Part shown: one piece after another, positions 60,081 through 64,000 of the stretch
Position numbering within the stretch: position 1 is the stretch's first letter
Layout of the letters: each line of letters begins with the position of its first letter
Origin: an uncultured Candidatus Binatia bacterium
Lineage (GTDB): Bacteria > Desulfobacterota > Binatia > UBA9968 > CAXXLF01
Reading direction: 5' to 3'
Length of the DNA: 64,000 bases
Assembly (NCBI GenBank): GCA_965218425.1
Contig: OZ244621.1
Span: 4,064,001 to 4,128,000, forward strand
The notes under the pieces: generated by a model
Told to the model about the DNA's origin: nothing
Databases searched by the model: none
Seen by the model: the letters and a program-made list of their open reading frames with translations, nothing else
Program-made: the position numbers and the translations under genes

Positions 60081-60761
60081 ATGATTTACGTGTTCACTTT
60101 CATTCTGGCGTTTTGCAGCATCGCTTACGAGCTCCTGCTGGGACAATCCCTATCCGCATTTCTGGGCAACACGGTGCTACGCTACAGCGTCACCATCGGG
60201 CTGTACATGCTCTCCATGGGGATCGGGTCCTTGATGGCGGAGGGGAGATTCGTGAAAAGTCCGGTGACGGCTCTCCTCAAAATTGAGCTTTTGTTGACGG
60301 TGACGGGAGGCTTCTCAGTCATCGCGCTACTGGTCCTGGATTCTGCCGGCATGCCGCCCATCCTCTTTTCCGCCCTCGCCCATTCCCTGATCATTATCAT
60401 CGGTATATTGACCGGGTTCGAAATCCCGCTGCTCATGCATTTGAAGAATCTCGAGCGAGATCAGTCCGAAAGCTCTGTGCTCGGGGTCGACTACCTGGGG
60501 GCGTTTTGCGGCACGGTGGTTTTCGCTTTCGTGTTCTATCCCATTGTGGGGCTGATCCCCACGGCGTTCTTTGTGGCCACCCTGAATGCGGCGGTGGGGG
60601 TTGCCCTGCTGACCCAGTCAAGCAAAGTTCAATCCCACGAGCACAGACAGTACCGCGCATTGATCGGGCTGCAGGCCGTTTTGCTAGTGGTCCTGGTGGG
60701 TTGCCTTTCCACCGCTGGTACGATAAACGAGCTTTTCTTAAAATACTACCTGGAGGCGTGA
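60081..60761 (+). CDS. Stand-alone membrane domain homologous to the N-terminus of membrane-bound SpeE
   Basis: CSIAYELL, YSVTIGLY...MGIG, IGILTGFEIPLL and VLGVDYLGA all align with 61128-61850; no catalytic domain. Confidence 0.85.
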   Translation: MIYVFTFILAFCSIAYELLLGQSLSAFLGNTVLRYSVTIGLYMLSMGIGSLMAEGRFVKSPVTALLKIELLLTVTGGFSVIALLVLDSAGMPPILFSALAHSLIIIIGILTGFEIPLLMHLKNLERDQSESSVLGVDYLGAFCGTVVFAFVFYPIVGLIPTAFFVATLNAAVGVALLTQSSKVQSHEHRQYRALIGLQAVLLVVLVGCLSTAGTINELFLKYYLEA

Positions 60762-60769
60762 GGGATAGG

Positions 60770-61138
60770 ATGAAACCAAGATCTGACTTTGGCAAACATT
60801 TTCTAATCGACCTGCGTGACTGTGATCCTGAGGTTATCAAATCCGTGGCTCCCACCAGGGAGGTCGTCATGCGCGCCGCCAAGGAGTGCGGGGCGACGAT
60901 CCTGGACGACCATTTTCACCAGTTCCAACCCATGGGCGTGAGCGGAGTGGTGTTAATCGCAGAGTCCCACATCAGCGTTCACACCTGGCCGGAAAGCGGT
61001 TTTGCCGCCGCCGACATATTTACCTGTGGAGAGATGAATCCACAGGTGGCCATCGACACCATGCGGGAAGGATTCCACGCCAAAGAAACCTCAATGTCGA
61101 TGAAAGTAATCGTGAGAGGTCAACTTGATGGCAAATAA
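60770..61138 (+). CDS. speD: S-adenosylmethionine decarboxylase proenzyme
   Basis: G.H.L.DL, HQFQPMGVSGVVLIAE-SHISVHTWPE and DIFTCG (pyruvoyl ESH cleavage site). Confidence 0.93.
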   Translation: MKPRSDFGKHFLIDLRDCDPEVIKSVAPTREVVMRAAKECGATILDDHFHQFQPMGVSGVVLIAESHISVHTWPESGFAAADIFTCGEMNPQVAIDTMREGFHAKETSMSMKVIVRGQLDGK

Positions 61139-62987
61139 TGGCACCCCATCCACCACAGATTTCTCCAACCCGTCTGTAGTGAACATATACATCCTGTCCC
61201 TGATCCTCTCCGCGTGCAGCCTGTTGTACGAGCTCCTCATCGCCCAGACCCTTACCCTCATCGCAGGCAACATGGTGGTCTGGTACAGCCTCACTGTAGG
61301 GACCTACCTGGCGGCCATGGGTGTGGGCGCCATCATCTACGGAACTCCCGACCGATCCCGTGACTGGGGCCGTCTCTTTCGGGTTGAGATTTTGCTTAGC
61401 CTGATTGGCGCATCGGCGGTACTGCTCCTTAACTTCGCCCATTCCACCTACCTCTTGTTTGAAGCAGTCCCCGCCACCGAGAGAATTGCCACCCTTGTCT
61501 TCTTCAGTTTCTCCTTTACCCTGATTTTCTTGATCGGGATCCTCACCGGCATGGAGCTGCCGTTACTCATTTATCTCGGTAATCACCTTGCAGGCGAAAG
61601 AAACGTGACCAACCGGGTGCTTGGCTGGGACTATATCGGGGCCCTGGCAGGGGGATTCCTGTTCCCCCTCTACATGGTCCCGTTTCTCGAATTGCACACC
61701 ATCGGATTCCTTATTGCCGCTCTCAATCTGACGGTGGCAGTCTATATCCTGTGGCGGTTTCTCACTCGGGCACCCGGCGTGACACTAAAAACAGCAGGCA
61801 GCATCGCTTTTGGTGTGTTGCTCGCACTCGGTTATTACGCAAACCCGACTATCGAGCAGTTCTTTTTAAAGAAATATTACTATTACCCCGATTCGTTCAC
61901 CGGTCTTGACGATCTATTCGACTCCATGCCCGATATGCCACGGGTCTTTCGCGACAGCTCGCCCTACCAGAAAATCGACATTGTGCACGTTCCAAACAAC
62001 AGCGACGATTTTATTGAATCCTACTCCACCAAGTTCGCATTTAATGATTCCATACCGGACAACTACTTTCTCTTCCTCAACGGAGATTTTCAATTTGCTT
62101 CAAATCACGAGGAACTCTATCACGAGTGGTTTGCCCATGTGCCCATCATCATCAACGGCAAGGTGCCAAAACGCATTCTGTTGCTTGGAGGCGGCGACGG
62201 CTTGCTCCATCGCGAGCTCCTCAAATACGAAGAGATTGAAAGCATCACCCACGTGGATATCGATCGAAACCTGGTGATCCTCGCCACCACTCACTCGATC
62301 CTCACGGCCATCAACGGTTATTCCTTTGACGATCCACGCGTGCAGACAATCTTCGGCGATGCGTTTCAGTACCTGCGGGAATACGCCGGTGAGTCCTATG
62401 ACGCCATTTACATGGACTTTCCGGACGTCATGGACTACAACCTTTCAAAGCTCTACAGCCGCGAGTTCTTTCACTTCGCCAGATTGCGCCTGAAAGACGA
62501 CGGTTTCGCGGCTCTCGATACTCCGGGTGTCTACTGGGGTGTACCGGACGGAACCAATGGCCTCCCGCGCAAGCATCACGGCACCTGGCCTATCCACTCG
62601 AACACCATGCGCCTTGCCGGCTTCAAAACGGTTCTTCCCTTCTATTCGATTCTCGAGATTGATAATCCCGCGGCCTACGAGAGGCTTTCGGGTCCAGGCG
62701 GTCAAGCGGCTTCAGGGGAAGATGGGGATTGGCGCACCGACTATATAAAAGAATTCAGCGACGATTTGCAGCAAGGTTTTATGATGCTGCGCAAGGATGA
62801 AAGGTACGGACCCTTCGAATACATCGATTTCGGAATCGACCTGCACGTGTTAAACGAGAAACGCTTTAAACTCTCTCACCCGGAGCCGCCAAAACCGGAA
62901 GGTCAGGTGGACTTCAGCAAGGTCAACTCCATTTTGCGCCCTACCTTACCGGACCAGGACATTTGGTATATTCGCAGCGCCTGGTAA
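61128..62987 (+). CDS. speE: Membrane-bound polyamine aminopropyltransferase (spermidine synthase)
   Basis: About 7 TM N-terminal domain, then SPYQKI, LNGDFQF, YHE, LGGGDG, VDID, GDAF, MDFPD and KLYSREF; overlaps speD by 11 bp. Confidence 0.88.
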   Translation: MANNGTPSTTDFSNPSVVNIYILSLILSACSLLYELLIAQTLTLIAGNMVVWYSLTVGTYLAAMGVGAIIYGTPDRSRDWGRLFRVEILLSLIGASAVLLLNFAHSTYLLFEAVPATERIATLVFFSFSFTLIFLIGILTGMELPLLIYLGNHLAGERNVTNRVLGWDYIGALAGGFLFPLYMVPFLELHTIGFLIAALNLTVAVYILWRFLTRAPGVTLKTAGSIAFGVLLALGYYANPTIEQFFLKKYYYYPDSFTGLDDLFDSMPDMPRVFRDSSPYQKIDIVHVPNNSDDFIESYSTKFAFNDSIPDNYFLFLNGDFQFASNHEELYHEWFAHVPIIINGKVPKRILLLGGGDGLLHRELLKYEEIESITHVDIDRNLVILATTHSILTAINGYSFDDPRVQTIFGDAFQYLREYAGESYDAIYMDFPDVMDYNLSKLYSREFFHFARLRLKDDGFAALDTPGVYWGVPDGTNGLPRKHHGTWPIHSNTMRLAGFKTVLPFYSILEIDNPAAYERLSGPGGQAASGEDGDWRTDYIKEFSDDLQQGFMMLRKDERYGPFEYIDFGIDLHVLNEKRFKLSHPEPPKPEGQVDFSKVNSILRPTLPDQDIWYIRSAW

Positions 62988-63043
62988 TCACGGGCGACTG
63001 CGTATTGCACCTCCTGATCGGAAGGCCAAAATCTAAGATCAGA

Positions 63044-63270
63044 CGACTCGCGCAGAGACGCCAGGCGCGCCAAGTCTAGATAAAATTACAAATTCGAAGT
63101 TCGAAACAATTTCGAACAATCAAAAGGCAAAAAAGGTATTCCTTGATTTCTTTTAGCAGCTCGGCTTTTCGTCTTTTCGAGAAATCCCACAGCGTTTGTT
63201 AAACGTCTTGACCACTTACAGTTTGAGGCTTTGGAATCGTCTAGGATTTCGTGCTTCGTATTTAGGACTT
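63044..63270 (+). repeat. Repeat family 2 copy; right arm overlaps the stop of the FAD protein gene
   Basis: GACTCGCGCAGAGACGCCAGGCGCGCCAAGT...TACAAATTCGAA matches 56714-56770; right arm GGATTTCGTGCTTCGTATTT. Confidence 0.7.
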
Positions 63271-64000
63271 TACCCCGGCGGCGTGATTTCCCGCGATGTA
63301 ACCCTGGCAGGCGCATCGGGCCAGGCCATGTTGATTGAAGCCACCAGCCGACTCTCCGCTACAGTAAAGACCGGGAATGACCTGTCCATTCATATCCATC
63401 ACCTGGCAGTGGGCGTTTATTCTAAGGCCGGCCCGCGTATCGTGGACCAATGGAGTCGCCCAGGCAGCATAAAATGGAGGGGCCTGAATCTTGAACTTGG
63501 GAGTGGGCTTGCCGAAATCCACGTCCCTTCCCCATTCCACGAAGGAGTTGTATCGGTCCACCGTCCCTTGCAGTGTCTCCCCATCCATGGCTACCGCCTG
63601 ATAACGGTTTTTAATGGCCGCCGCAAGCTCTGTTAACGAGCCTGCGCTAAAAAACCAACCGTCCGGATCCACGTAAGGTGGAGTGACCTTCCATTCTTCC
63701 CGTTCCACCGCGTCTGAATCGAAAACGGCCCAAACCGGACCGGCGGAGTAGTCCGGCGGAGCCGATCCCTCGTTCATCGCCACGGCGGCATTGAAGAAGT
63801 TGTATTTGGTGGAATCATATTTGATGTTCGCGGCATTGTGATAACTGGCAGGGGTGTAGGGATCCACGTCTTTATGCTTATTGCCCGCAGGGTAGTCGCC
63901 CTTGGTCTCATCATAGAACCTACGGCCCACCTGGTTTACCAATATCAGGTCATGCCAATCCTTGACGCTCAGCCCGGTGGCGCGAACAAGCGGGAAAATG
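63262..64000 (-). CDS. FAD-binding oxidoreductase (FAD_binding_2, flavocytochrome c / ketosteroid dehydrogenase-like), 5' end outside the window
   Basis: ILVNQVGRRFYDE, PPFYAA, HDTRAGLRIN and IPGLYCSGESAGG. Confidence 0.85.
   Translation of the reverse strand, partial: IFPLVRATGLSVKDWHDLILVNQVGRRFYDETKGDYPAGNKHKDVDPYTPASYHNAANIKYDSTKYNFFNAAVAMNEGSAPPDYSAGPVWAVFDSDAVEREEWKVTPPYVDPDGWFFSAGSLTELAAAIKNRYQAVAMDGETLQGTVDRYNSFVEWGRDVDFGKPTPKFKIQAPPFYAAWATPLVHDTRAGLRINAHCQVMDMNGQVIPGLYCSGESAGGFNQHGLARCACQGYIAGNHAAGVKS

Overview
GC-rich bacterial window of about 55 genes with no rRNA, tRNA, CRISPR array, transposase or recognisable transcription factor. A few housekeeping genes (gloA, typA, era, xth, YqeY-family) are scattered among many catabolic paralogs: six amidohydrolase_2 proteins, cupins, a Rieske oxygenase, an LLM oxidoreductase, an SDR, a Mo-hydroxylase large subunit, a TPP enzyme and several orphan solute-binding-fold proteins. 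This content resembles Binatia/Tectomicrobia-type deltaproteobacterial genomes (inference only). Highlights not shown by the ORF track: (1) a hidden DsbA/FrnE selenoprotein (UPWC motif, in-frame TGA at 11991-11993, 8-bp SECIS-like hairpin); (2) a membrane-linked polyamine locus with two membrane-fused spermidine-synthase-like proteins, a free-standing copy of the membrane domain and speD; (3) a dispersed ~400-bp non-coding element in at least five partial copies, plus a second family of nested palindromic/heptamer repeats; (4) an orphan sigma54-type promoter with an upstream dyad pointing into a non-coding hairpin region (candidate sRNA); (5) several enzymes with substituted catalytic residues, and three gene remnants (TctC-like, MscS, dgkA). 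All calls come from motif recognition by eye; no searches were run.
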